DNA from: an uncultured Candidatus Micrarchaeota archaeon
GTDB taxonomy: Archaea > Micrarchaeota > Micrarchaeia > Anstonellales > Anstonellaceae
Length of the DNA stretch: 52,303 nucleotides
Direction of reading: 5' to 3'
Assembly (NCBI GenBank): GCA_903923795.1
Contig: CAIXYX010000139.1
Location: 1-52,303, forward strand
How positions within the stretch are numbered: the stretch's first letter is position 1; every line of letters begins with the position of its first letter. Position numbers and translations under genes: made by a program. The notes beneath the pieces were generated by a model. It was not told the origin of the DNA and did not search any database. It was given only the letters and a program-made list of their open reading frames with translations. Below, in pieces: positions 28,370 to 38,534 of the stretch.

Positions 28370-31300
28370 ATGTCTGTTTCCAAAGATTCGCGCTTTGGCC
28401 ATCTACGTTTAGGAATAGTCGTTTTGCTCGGCCTCCTGCTCCTCGCACCAGTCATACTCGCCGCAGATGCACCCGCTCTCGCCGCATCGAATCCAGCCGG
28501 CGCCGCATCCGGACTTGCGGGCCGGATTGCCACCCAAACACAGGCAGGCCAGAACAATTCGAGCGGCCAGAATATTTCGGGCGGATTCGATTATTATGTC
28601 ATCAGATACTCCGAGCCGCCCGGAACCGCCCAAATCACCCAAATCCAAAACGCGGGCTTCGACATCATCGGCTACTCGAGCGGATTTCGATATATCGTTC
28701 GCAAAACCGCAGACGGCTCGAAACTCATATCAGCGCCAAAAATCCCGAATGCCGCCATAGAGAGATTCGCCTCTGCAGGCCTCGCGCCGCAGCTGACGAA
28801 TTTCACTGGCAAAAAGAACATCACCATACAATTCTTTCCAAGAGAGGATACGGCCGCCCTCTCGGCGAAAGTCCGCGCGATCGCCCCATCCGCACGCCCA
28901 ATCGACGTAGGCATGACGGCCGATGGCGTGAATCCGGACCAGGTCCGCCGAATCTCGGACACAAGCGGAATACAGTATATCGACGAAAACCTCCCGCTCG
29001 AAAAATTCGACAACCGCACCACGCAGATATTGGGCGCGAACCAGGTATGGGACAACCTCGGCTACACCGGAGCGGGAGTAGTGGTGGCGGTGGAGGACAC
29101 CGGCCTTGACACAGGAAACCTGTCCACCATCCACCAAGACCTGCGCGGGCGCGTGATAAATCTCACTGGGTATTGCAGCACAAATCTCAACGGCAGGGAC
29201 TATGAGGGCCATGGCACGCACGTGGCAGGCATAGCGGTTGGCAATGGCACGCTGAATCTCACAAACAAGGGCACTTCACCTGGGTCGCAACTGGTTTTTC
29301 AGGCACTCGGCTGCGCGCCGGGCGGAGGCGGGAGCACATCTACCGGCACGATAAGTCTTTTTAGATTAGCCAGTGGATTTGGCGCGCAGGTGCACACGAA
29401 TTCGTTTGGCAGCATTGTCGTCGGAAATCCGTATTACGGCACCACGGCCTCAAGCGTTGATGCGTACACCCGCAACGAGAACCCGAACATAACAATATTC
29501 TACGCCGCGGGCAACAGCGGACCTGACGCATTGTCAGTCACTCTCTCAAGCGTGGGGAAAAATATTGTGTCGGTCGGCAATGTGTATGGATACGGCGTGC
29601 CGTATTATCTCGATAACACTTCCAGCCACGGACCAGCCACAGACGGCAGGATCAAACCGGACTTGGTGGCTCCCGGAGACGGGATCTGGTCTACTTGCGT
29701 CGGCGGAGGATATTGCATGATGAGCGGGACTTCGATGGCCTCGCCCGCAGCCGCAGGTTCGGCTGCGCTGGTATATGATTATTTGGCGAGAAATCGGAGC
29801 TATTCAAGACCGAGCTCGGCGCTTGTGCGCTCGATCCTCATCGCAGGGGCAGAGCGGATCGGAACCCCGATCTACGGACCGATCCCGAACAACATAGTCG
29901 GGTTTGGCATGATCAATCTCACACGCTCGCTGGCGATCATGCGCGGATATCAGATGGATTACTCTGACTCGCAGTATCCGCTTGAGACCGGGCAGAGCGC
30001 AGCATTCTCATACACAGTCAACAATTCCAATATCCCGCTGCGTGTGGCCCTCGTCTGGACCGATCCGGCATGCACCGACGTGTACGGCACGTGCAATTCC
30101 ACGGCGCTCATAAATGATCTGGACCTCAAAGTGATAGGCCCGGATGGAAGCTGGCTGCTTGGAAACAACCAGACAGCGAATTCGACCACTGCAGATAGGA
30201 GAAATGTCATCGAGATGGCCGACATAGACTACCCGGCGCTTGGGACATACACAGTCAACGTGAGCGCGTATTCGGTCCCGTCCGGCAACCAGACATTCGC
30301 CCTGGCAGTCATTCGCGGAACTGGCCCGGGAGATTATGATAACGCAAACCGGACGATAATCCCGACATTTGACAATAGCCTGATCACGAACTTGACGTCC
30401 ACATCATTCGTCATGAACTGGTGGACCATCAATGTCGTATCGAACAGCTCGGTCAAATACAGGGCCATGCTGGTCAACCGCACGACTGGATATGTCTGCG
30501 CATTTACTGATTATCTTTATGCGACAAATTCGAGCATGGTGGGCATACACACCATACCCGTGACATCGCTCTCTCCGAACACTCTATACTATGTCACGAT
30601 AAAATCATGCTCTGCCTCCGGAGGCTGCAATGAGAGCACGCTGACACGTGACGGCCAGACGCTGGTTCTCACCACACAGGCGATTTCGGCCCCGTCAAAC
30701 AGCAATATCGCCTCGAGCCAGATAACTTATCAGAGCGCGCAGATAGGCTGGAATACCAACATCTCGGCGAACGCATCTGTCAAATACAAGGCGTCAGGAG
30801 ACGCGTCGTGGAGCTATGCAACAGATTCAGGCATGGCGAGCGCACACAACATCTCGCTTACGTCCCTCTTGGGCAGCACGACATACATATACACAGTCAA
30901 ATCATGCGTCGAGGGCGGCATGGCCAACACCTGCGGCTCGAATCCGCTCTGCACCGAGAGCGCGGAATCGAGTTTCACCACGCCCCCCGCGCCGGTCATC
31001 TACCCGAACCTCTCCTCCGTCTCGGCGAGCCAGATAACTTATCAGAGCGCGCAGGTGAATTGGGCGAGCGATGCGGCGGCGAACTCAACAGTCAAATACA
31101 AGCCATTAGCGGGCTCGGATTGGCTCTATGCTTACAATTCGAGCCTTGCGCTCGCGCACACAATGCAACTCTCCTCGCTTGCGGCAAACACCACATACTC
31201 ATACACGGTGAAATCATGCACAACATCTGGCGGATGCAATGAAAGTGATGAGCAGAATTTCACAACATCCCCACCGCCACCGCCAGTCCTCTCGCTCATC

Positions 31301-34300
31301 AGTGCAAACCAGATAACGAACCAGAGCGCGCAGATAAGCTGGCTGAGCGACCTCGCCGCCGATAGCACAGTCAAATTCAGGCCATCCGACAGCTCCACCT
31401 GGGCATATGCCACAGATGCAAGCATATCGACTGGCCATGCGCTCGCGCTCACCTCACTCTCCCCAAGCACACTCTATATCTATACCGTCAAATCATGCAC
31501 TGCTCTTGGCGGCTGCACAGAGAGTAGTGAGCAGAATTTCACAACATCACAGAATTATCCCGCGCTCTCTGCCATCTCGGCCGGCAGCATAACGGCGAAT
31601 TCGGCCAATGTGACATGGAATACGGATATGCGGGCCAATGGCACGCTCAAATACCGCGCATCATCAGACTCGTCATGGTCATATCTCTATGATTCGGACA
31701 TGACATCTGCGCACAACATCACCCTCTCGTCTCTTTCCGCCAGCACGCTCTATATATACACAGTAAAATCATGCTCCGAGTCCGGCGGGTGCACCGAGAG
31801 CGGCGAATTAAATTTCACCACGCTGGCCATCTATCCGAACCTCTCAGGCATCATGGTGTGGGGCATAACCCAGAATTCATCGAACATCTCATGGAACACC
31901 GACGCTTTGGCAAACAGCACGGTGAAATACAAGGCATTAGGCGCGTCGAATTGGGCATATGCCACCAACTCGAGCATGGTGAACGCGCACAACATCACCC
32001 TCTCCTCGCTCTCTGCGAGCACGGCATACACGTACACCGTCAGATCATGCACAGAGTCAGGCGGATGCACGGAGAGCGGCGAATTAAATTTCACGACCTC
32101 GGCGCCTCCAGCCGTATATCCGGTCCTCTCGTCGATATACGTAAGCCAGATAACGTATCAGAGCGCGCAGGTGAATTGGGCCAGCGATGTCACTGCCAAT
32201 AGCACTGTGAAATACAAACCTGCCGGCAGCCAGAATTGGCTCTATATGTATGCTTCTAGCTTCTCGACTTCGCATAATCTGACTCTCTCATCTCTTTTTG
32301 CCAGCACGCTCTACATATACACGGTGAAATCATGCACATCATCTGCGAATTGTAATGAGAGCGGTGAATTCAATTTCACCACAGGGGCCGCCCCGATCAT
32401 CCCGGTTATCTCCGCCATCTCGATAAGCCAGATAACGAACCAGAGCGCGCAGGTGAATTGGGCCAGCGATGTGGCGGCGAATAGCACACTCAAATACCGC
32501 CAGAGCCAAGACTTGGATTGGGCATACTCGGCCAACTCGAGCATGTCAACCGCGCACAATATCTCACTCGCCTCCCTCTCGGCCAACACCACGTATATCT
32601 ACACGGTAAAATCCTGCTCATCGAGCGGAGGCTGCAGTGAGAGCGTGGAGGCGAACTTCACCACGCTTGCCACATACCCGATTATCTCCAGCATCACCGT
32701 TTCGAGTATCACCTCGAACTCATCGGTGATAGCCTGGAACACAGACTTCGCGTCCAATAGCACGGTCAAGTTCAAGGCATCTGGCGCAGGCGCGTGGACT
32801 TATCTCTCGAACTCAAGCTACTCGCTCGCGCACAGCATCTCTCTCGCAGCTCTAGCACCGAACACGCTCTACATATACACAGTGAAGTCTTGCACAGCAT
32901 CAGGCGGCTGCACAGAGAGCGGGGAGGCGAACTTCACCACTTCGCTCACATATCCGATGATCTCCAATATAGTCATCACGAATACCACGTCTAATTCATC
33001 CACCATATTGTGGAGCACAGATATGCTCTCGAATGGCACAATCAAATTCAGGATAGATGGAAGCGGTTCGTGGTCATATACCTCGAATTCCAGCATAACG
33101 CTTGCACACAACATAACCCTCACGCCCCTCATGGACAGCACCACCTACAGATTCACCATCAGATCCTGCTCAGCATCAGGCGGCTGCAGCGAAAGCGTAG
33201 AGTATGGATTCACAACATTATCACCGCCCATCATCTCTCCGATCCTATCGAACATATCGGCGAGCCAGATAACGAACCAGAGCGCACAGGTGAATTGGAA
33301 TACAGATACGACTGCCAATGGCACGCTCAAGTACAGACAGAGCCAAGACTCGAATTGGGTGAGCGTGACGAACTCGAGCGGGTCATTGCAGCACAGCTTC
33401 GGCATCTCTTCGCTCTCGGCCAACACCACGTATATCTACACCGTCAGATCATGCACACAATCAGGTGGCTGCAATGAAAGCAGTGAGGCGAACTTCACCA
33501 CGCTTGCCACATACCCGATTATCTCCAGCATCACCGTCTCGAGTATCACCTCGAACTCATCGATAATAAATTGGAATACAGACTTCGTGTCGAATAGCAC
33601 AGTCAAATTCAAGGCATCTGGCGCCGGCGCGTGGACTTACCTCTCGAACTCAAGCTACTCGCTCGCGCACAGCATCTCTCTCGCATCCATCTCAGCCAAC
33701 ACGTTCTACATATACACAGTGAAGTCTTGCACAGCATCAGGCGGCTGCACGGAGAGCGGGGAGGCGAACTTCACCACCCAGTCGATCTATCCTGCGCTCT
33801 CGAACATCGCCGCGCTCGGCATCACGACAAATTCATCGATAGTGTCATGGAACACCGACATAATATCGAACTCGTCGGTGAGATACAAGGCGTCTGGGGC
33901 GTCATCATGGAGTTATGTTTCAGATGCCAGCCCAGCATTCTCGCACAGCATCGGCCTCACCCAATTGACCCCGAGCACCACGTATATTTACACAGTAGAG
34001 TCGTGCACGGCCTCCGGAGGATGCAATGAGAGTATCGAGCTCAACTTCACCACAGCGACTCCTATCGCCTACCCGAACCTCACCGCCATTTGGGCAGGCA
34101 ATATAACTTACCAAAGCGCGCAGATCAATTGGTTGAGCGATGTAGCAGCGAACGCATCCGTGAAATACAGGCAGGCCATGGACCCGAACTGGTTCTATTC
34201 ATACAACTCAAGCCTCGCACTTTCGCACAACATCTCACTCGCGTCGCTTATGGCCAACACCACATATCTCTACACAGTGAAATCCTGCTCGGCCAGCGGA

Positions 34301-36835
34301 GGCTGCACGGAGAGCGGCCAATTCAACTTCACGACCTTGCCGCTGCCTATAATTTACCCAATTCTGTCGAACATAACAGTGAACCCGATAACTGATTCGG
34401 GCGCGCAGGTGAATTGGAACACTGACAAGCAATCAAACGGCAGCGTCAGATACAGGCTGAGCAGTGACTTTACATGGACATATCTTCCTGACCCGAACAT
34501 GCTGGTTGCGCATAGATTCTCGATCCCCGCATTGACGGCCAGTTCGACATATATCTACACCGTGAAATCCTGCGTGCCGATGGGAGGATGCAACGAGAGC
34601 AACGAACTCAACTTCACCACATTGGCCACCCCGCCACCCGCCCCGGTGATTTCGAACCTGCAGACACTCAATATCACGAATCAGAGCGCGCAGGTGAAAT
34701 GGTCCACCAGCCCGCAGGCCAACGCATCAGTCAAATACAAATCATCTTCAGACACGAATTGGTCATACGTCTCGAGCGGCGGATTCTACTATTCACGCAC
34801 AATACAACTGTCCTCTCTCGTGTCAAACACGACATATTTCTACACAGTCAAATCGTGCACTGCGGCAGGCGGATGCACTGAGAGCAACCAGTACAACTTC
34901 ACCACGCTGGCCACTCAGATAGTCTATCCTTCCCTCTCCGCCATCTCCTCGAGCCAGATAACGTATCAGAGCGCGCAGGCGAATTGGTTAAGCGACGTGG
35001 CAGCGAACGGCACAGTTAGGTACAAACCAGCCTCGAGTTCTGATTGGCTCTATGCATACAACTCGAGCCTCGCGCTCGCACACAACTTGTCTCTTGTGTC
35101 CCTCTCGGCAAACACATTATACACATACGCGGTCGAATCATGCACCCCGTCCGGCGGCTGCGCCCTGAGCTCTCAATACAATTTCACCACGCTCGCCGCG
35201 CCAGTCATCTACCCCAACATCTCTGGCGTAACTACAAGCCAGATAACAAACCAGAGCGCGCAGGTGGATTGGTACACCGACGCCTCATCGAATAGCACCG
35301 TAAAATACAGGCAAAGCGGCGGATTGTCATGGGAATATGCATCAGATAACGGCAATACGGCCTCGCACAGTATCCCGCTCGCCTCCCTGACGGCTGATTC
35401 TGATTACATATACACAGTCAAATCATGCACACCGTCGGGCGGATGCAACGAGAGCGCGGAATACGACTTCACCACGCGTGCCACTCCCACTCAGAACGTC
35501 ATCCTAATAGGCGTGCAGACCGGCGTGATAACCAACAACAGCGCACATATTTCCTGGAAGACGAATATAGAATCTGACAGCACAGTCAGATTCAAGGCAA
35601 CCGGCAGCACGGGATCTGAGTATATCACGAATTCGAGCCAGATACTGACCCATGACATCCTGCTCTCGTCCCTCACGCCGGCCACGAATTACACATATAC
35701 CGTGAGATCATGCACTTTGGGCGGGATATGCAATGAAAGCCCGGCATTCGCATTCACCACTAGCTCGCAGCCGAGTGCCCCGGCAATCCGCGCGATATAC
35801 GCAGACCAGATCACCAACCAGAGCGCGCAGATAATTTGGATAACAAACAATTTCACGAATGCGACAGTGAAATACCGCGCGGCCTCGGGCTCGGATTGGC
35901 TCTACGCATCCAACTCCAACCTATTATGGCTGCACAACATCTCGCTATCATCACTCTCAAGCGGCACGAATTACATCTACACCGTGAGATCCTGCAGCCT
36001 GCAGGGAGCCTGCGCCGAGAGTTCTGAGAACAGCTTCATGACCAACTATTCGGTTGCCATCTCCCCTCTCCTCTCAAGCAGCACGGCCAGCAATATAACA
36101 AACCAGAGCGCGCAGATAAGTTGGAACACCGACACGCCATCCAATAGCACGGTCAAATACAGGCCTAGGGCCAGCAGCGCAGATTGGTCATACGCTGGAG
36201 ATGCCACTCAAACAGCTGCGCACTTAGTCCTCATCTCCTCGCTGTCGGCCAATGCGACCTATGCGTACACTATCAGATCATGCACGCCATCTGGAGGCTG
36301 CAATGAAAGCGCAGAGAATAATTTCACCACGCTGGCCAATTATCCCGGCCTCGGCTCGTTTGTGATAAGCACCATGCCTGCCGGAGCTCTTGTGCAGGTG
36401 AGGAATAACATATCGACAACGTGGTTATACTCCGGCACCTCCCCGTTATATGCCCAAAACGTGCCGACCGGGCATTACATGGCATATATGACAGATGACG
36501 GCTATAGATCATTTGTGTCTTATTTTGACATCTATTCCGACCAACAGACGAACGTCAGCGTGCCGCTCACGCCTCTGCCGGTCTATGACCAATCCGTCAA
36601 CGGCTCTATCGTGGTCTATGCAGAACCCGAAGGGGCACTGATTAGGATGAGAAGCAGGAATGTCTCGGCGGGCTGGCTCTACTCGGGAAGCTCCCCGATG
36701 AACATGAGCAGCATCCTGCCCGGGGATTATGTTGTGTTCGCATCAAAAGAGCATTATCCGACGAAGACTGTTTTCGCGCACGTGACTGCGGGGCAAGCCA
36801 CAGTGCTCAACATCACGCTGGTGAAATTGAATTGA
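28370..36835 (+). CDS. Giant secreted S8 subtilase with 21 FN3-like repeats and two C-terminal PEGA-like domains (~2821 aa)
   Basis: Signal peptide; catalytic VEDTG, GHGTHVAG, AAGNSG and SGTSMASP; ALVWTDP..NDLDL domain; 21 repeats ending YTV(K/R/E)SC..GC.ES..FTT; two PEGA-like P.GAL...G.SP units. Confidence 0.93.
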   Translation: MSVSKDSRFGHLRLGIVVLLGLLLLAPVILAADAPALAASNPAGAASGLAGRIATQTQAGQNNSSGQNISGGFDYYVIRYSEPPGTAQITQIQNAGFDIIGYSSGFRYIVRKTADGSKLISAPKIPNAAIERFASAGLAPQLTNFTGKKNITIQFFPREDTAALSAKVRAIAPSARPIDVGMTADGVNPDQVRRISDTSGIQYIDENLPLEKFDNRTTQILGANQVWDNLGYTGAGVVVAVEDTGLDTGNLSTIHQDLRGRVINLTGYCSTNLNGRDYEGHGTHVAGIAVGNGTLNLTNKGTSPGSQLVFQALGCAPGGGGSTSTGTISLFRLASGFGAQVHTNSFGSIVVGNPYYGTTASSVDAYTRNENPNITIFYAAGNSGPDALSVTLSSVGKNIVSVGNVYGYGVPYYLDNTSSHGPATDGRIKPDLVAPGDGIWSTCVGGGYCMMSGTSMASPAAAGSAALVYDYLARNRSYSRPSSALVRSILIAGAERIGTPIYGPIPNNIVGFGMINLTRSLAIMRGYQMDYSDSQYPLETGQSAAFSYTVNNSNIPLRVALVWTDPACTDVYGTCNSTALINDLDLKVIGPDGSWLLGNNQTANSTTADRRNVIEMADIDYPALGTYTVNVSAYSVPSGNQTFALAVIRGTGPGDYDNANRTIIPTFDNSLITNLTSTSFVMNWWTINVVSNSSVKYRAMLVNRTTGYVCAFTDYLYATNSSMVGIHTIPVTSLSPNTLYYVTIKSCSASGGCNESTLTRDGQTLVLTTQAISAPSNSNIASSQITYQSAQIGWNTNISANASVKYKASGDASWSYATDSGMASAHNISLTSLLGSTTYIYTVKSCVEGGMANTCGSNPLCTESAESSFTTPPAPVIYPNLSSVSASQITYQSAQVNWASDAAANSTVKYKPLAGSDWLYAYNSSLALAHTMQLSSLAANTTYSYTVKSCTTSGGCNESDEQNFTTSPPPPPVLSLISANQITNQSAQISWLSDLAADSTVKFRPSDSSTWAYATDASISTGHALALTSLSPSTLYIYTVKSCTALGGCTESSEQNFTTSQNYPALSAISAGSITANSANVTWNTDMRANGTLKYRASSDSSWSYLYDSDMTSAHNITLSSLSASTLYIYTVKSCSESGGCTESGELNFTTLAIYPNLSGIMVWGITQNSSNISWNTDALANSTVKYKALGASNWAYATNSSMVNAHNITLSSLSASTAYTYTVRSCTESGGCTESGELNFTTSAPPAVYPVLSSIYVSQITYQSAQVNWASDVTANSTVKYKPAGSQNWLYMYASSFSTSHNLTLSSLFASTLYIYTVKSCTSSANCNESGEFNFTTGAAPIIPVISAISISQITNQSAQVNWASDVAANSTLKYRQSQDLDWAYSANSSMSTAHNISLASLSANTTYIYTVKSCSSSGGCSESVEANFTTLATYPIISSITVSSITSNSSVIAWNTDFASNSTVKFKASGAGAWTYLSNSSYSLAHSISLAALAPNTLYIYTVKSCTASGGCTESGEANFTTSLTYPMISNIVITNTTSNSSTILWSTDMLSNGTIKFRIDGSGSWSYTSNSSITLAHNITLTPLMDSTTYRFTIRSCSASGGCSESVEYGFTTLSPPIISPILSNISASQITNQSAQVNWNTDTTANGTLKYRQSQDSNWVSVTNSSGSLQHSFGISSLSANTTYIYTVRSCTQSGGCNESSEANFTTLATYPIISSITVSSITSNSSIINWNTDFVSNSTVKFKASGAGAWTYLSNSSYSLAHSISLASISANTFYIYTVKSCTASGGCTESGEANFTTQSIYPALSNIAALGITTNSSIVSWNTDIISNSSVRYKASGASSWSYVSDASPAFSHSIGLTQLTPSTTYIYTVESCTASGGCNESIELNFTTATPIAYPNLTAIWAGNITYQSAQINWLSDVAANASVKYRQAMDPNWFYSYNSSLALSHNISLASLMANTTYLYTVKSCSASGGCTESGQFNFTTLPLPIIYPILSNITVNPITDSGAQVNWNTDKQSNGSVRYRLSSDFTWTYLPDPNMLVAHRFSIPALTASSTYIYTVKSCVPMGGCNESNELNFTTLATPPPAPVISNLQTLNITNQSAQVKWSTSPQANASVKYKSSSDTNWSYVSSGGFYYSRTIQLSSLVSNTTYFYTVKSCTAAGGCTESNQYNFTTLATQIVYPSLSAISSSQITYQSAQANWLSDVAANGTVRYKPASSSDWLYAYNSSLALAHNLSLVSLSANTLYTYAVESCTPSGGCALSSQYNFTTLAAPVIYPNISGVTTSQITNQSAQVDWYTDASSNSTVKYRQSGGLSWEYASDNGNTASHSIPLASLTADSDYIYTVKSCTPSGGCNESAEYDFTTRATPTQNVILIGVQTGVITNNSAHISWKTNIESDSTVRFKATGSTGSEYITNSSQILTHDILLSSLTPATNYTYTVRSCTLGGICNESPAFAFTTSSQPSAPAIRAIYADQITNQSAQIIWITNNFTNATVKYRAASGSDWLYASNSNLLWLHNISLSSLSSGTNYIYTVRSCSLQGACAESSENSFMTNYSVAISPLLSSSTASNITNQSAQISWNTDTPSNSTVKYRPRASSADWSYAGDATQTAAHLVLISSLSANATYAYTIRSCTPSGGCNESAENNFTTLANYPGLGSFVISTMPAGALVQVRNNISTTWLYSGTSPLYAQNVPTGHYMAYMTDDGYRSFVSYFDIYSDQQTNVSVPLTPLPVYDQSVNGSIVVYAEPEGALIRMRSRNVSAGWLYSGSSPMNMSSILPGDYVVFASKEHYPTKTVFAHVTAGQATVLNITLVKLN
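30370..36335 (+). repeat. Intragenic tandem array of 21 ~280-300 bp FN3-like coding repeats
   Basis: Recurrent DNA words such as CAGAGCGCGCAG and AAATCATGC, and protein motif W..D...NSTVKY..W.Y...H.I.L.SL...T.Y.YTV.SC. Boundaries are approximate. Confidence 0.9.
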
Positions 36836-37064
36836 AAAAGAGAATCTGACTCTTAGCGCTTCTTTTTCGGCGCAGGCTCGCCCTTCAAAAAGCGGTCGGC
36901 CCGCTCAATCTCCTCTTTCGGCTGGCCGGATGCGCGGGATATGAGCCCGAGCGCGTCCGACATCAGCCACTGGCCGAAATTGGAGATATGAAGATAGAAA
37001 AAAGAGAAAAACGAAAAAAGGAAACCGGGTTTTTTGCCCATCGCACTCACCTAAAACTCGCGTT

Positions 37065-37994
37065 TTAGAGCGCCACTTTCAAGCCCAGCTCTTTCTTCAG
37101 CTCTCTGTAGCGGTTGCGAATCGTCACTTCGGTCACTCCCGCGACATCGGCCACTTCCTTTTGCGTGCGTCTCTCGCCGTTCATGGCCGAGGCGATATAG
37201 ACTGCCGCAGCCGCGACACCGGTCGGGCCTCTTCCGGAAATGAGCCCTTTGGTGATGGCTTTCTTCAGAAGCTGTATGGCCTTCTCCTGCACCTGCCCGG
37301 ACAGTTTGAGGGCTGCGGTGAATTTTGGCACATACTGCGAGGGGTCGGTGAGCGGGACATCCAAGTCCAGCTCGCGGCGCACGAAGCGGTAAGCCCGGCC
37401 GATCTCCTTTTTCTCGATTCCCGAAACGCGGGAGATTTCGTCGAGAGTGCGGGGGATGCCGTGCAGTCTGCACGTGGCATAAATGACGGCCGACACGACA
37501 GACTCGATCAGCCTTCCTCTTATCAGTTCGGCCTTGATGCACTTTCTGTACAAGAGGGCGGCTGATTCACGGAGCGACTCGGGCAGGCCCAAATAGGATG
37601 CTATTCGATCGAGCTCCGAAAGTGCTATGGCCAAGTTTCGCTCCATGCTCGTGGCGATGGAGGCTCTTTTGTGCCATTTGCGCATGCGGTAAAGCTGGGC
37701 CTGTTTTTTCGGAGAGATTTTCGCGCCGCGGATGTCGCGGTTGTACTGGTCAATCTCGGTCACAAGTCCCTTGTTGGGGCGCATGAATTTGATTGGTGCG
37801 CCGCCGCGTGCGCGCTTCTCGCGCTGCTCGGAGTCAAACGCGCGCCACTCGGGGCGGTGGTCCTCGATGTTCTCGGCCACGATGAGCCCGCAATTTGTGC
37901 AGACCACTTCTCCCTTCTCGTAGTCTCTTGTGAGTTTGGCGTTGCCGCATTCGGGGCATTTCTCGATGGGGTTTCGGCTCTTGTCAACGACCAT
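37065..37994 (-). CDS. tfb: Transcription initiation factor B
   Basis: Zn ribbon CPECG..CTNCG, PEWRAFD, ERNLAIALSEL, two cyclin repeats, VTEVTIRNRY. Confidence 0.98.
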   Translation of the reverse strand: MVVDKSRNPIEKCPECGNAKLTRDYEKGEVVCTNCGLIVAENIEDHRPEWRAFDSEQREKRARGGAPIKFMRPNKGLVTEIDQYNRDIRGAKISPKKQAQLYRMRKWHKRASIATSMERNLAIALSELDRIASYLGLPESLRESAALLYRKCIKAELIRGRLIESVVSAVIYATCRLHGIPRTLDEISRVSGIEKKEIGRAYRFVRRELDLDVPLTDPSQYVPKFTAALKLSGQVQEKAIQLLKKAITKGLISGRGPTGVAAAAVYIASAMNGERRTQKEVADVAGVTEVTIRNRYRELKKELGLKVAL

Positions 37995-38087
37995 GGTATC
38001 AACCTCGATTAACGTCCAAGCTAAGGAGCTTTGGGCCCTTAAGCAGGGGGTTATTTTTAAAAATGGGTGAAAAGATAAGCGCCTACC

Positions 38088-38105
38088 TTATATATAAACT
38101 TTTCG
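38088..38105 (-). promoter_or_regulatory. BRE-TATA promoter of tfb
   Basis: Minus strand reads CGAAAAGTTTATATATAA about 95 nt upstream of the ATG. Confidence 0.65.
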
Positions 38106-38293
38106 CTCAGCCCGCCTCGTCGTGGAATCGTCGGGCGGCTATTTATGCCGTCGAGAAGAAGTTTGGGCCAGCATTTATAAACTCACCGACGTTGTGGACG
38201 GTGGGCCGAACTCTTTAGAAATGGTAAAATGAATTGCCATGGGGGAGATTTGAACTCCCGGCTTCCAGATTTCCCAAGAAATGCCTTTGTTCG

Positions 38294-38373
38294 TCATCAA
38301 TCGCGCGCAGAGGCGCGATCTCCGCACTCATATAATCGCAAATACCCCGGAAAGCAGGGAGTTTCCTCCTCAT
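38294..38373 (-). ncRNA. Putative intron-encoded box C/D guide for tRNA-Met C34
   Basis: C-like ATGAGGA, guide TATGAGT complementary to the exon ACTCATA, D'-like CGGA, a hairpin, then C'-like TGATGA. No canonical terminal CTGA D box seen. Confidence 0.5.
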
Positions 38374-38427
38374 TTCTTTTCTTTTCCGAGGTTTTCTTTT
38401 CTTTCCGCAGAAAGAAAAGAAAAGCTC
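38373..38427 (+). repeat. Triplex-type three-tract element, copy A (inside tRNA-Met intron)
   Basis: TTTCTTTTCTTTT-ccgagg-TTTTCTTTTCTTT-ccgcag-AAAGAAAAGAAAA-gctc. Confidence 0.85.
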
Positions 38428-38534
38428 TATGAGTCTGGCACTCTAGCCAAGCTGAGTTACCATGGCAAATTTTTCGCTTGGCTATTTTATTGTCGCGACA
38501 AAGCATATAAAAGGCCCGTCTGGGCAATATTAGC

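Larger units (their letters stand above)
38235..38466 (-). tRNA. tRNA-Met (CAT, elongator type) with a 157-nt intron at 37/38 (intron 38271-38427)
   Basis: 5' exon GCCATGGTAACTCAGCTTGGCTAGAGTGCCAGACTCATA (38466-38428) and 3' exon ATCTGGAAGCCGGGAGTTCAAATCTCCCCCATGGCA (38270-38235). BHB central helix CUCA/UGGG with 3-nt bulges. Confidence 0.93.

Noticed and set aside
30370..36335. Near-identical repeats as a DGR template/variable pair
   Set aside because: The repeats are in-frame protein domains, the differences are not adenine-specific, and no reverse transcriptase is in the window.
36853..36963. 36-aa ORF MSDALGLISRASGQPKEEIERADRFLKGEPAPKKKR downstream of tfb
   Set aside because: Too short, with no clear SD or motif. 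It could be a gene remnant but is unsupported.
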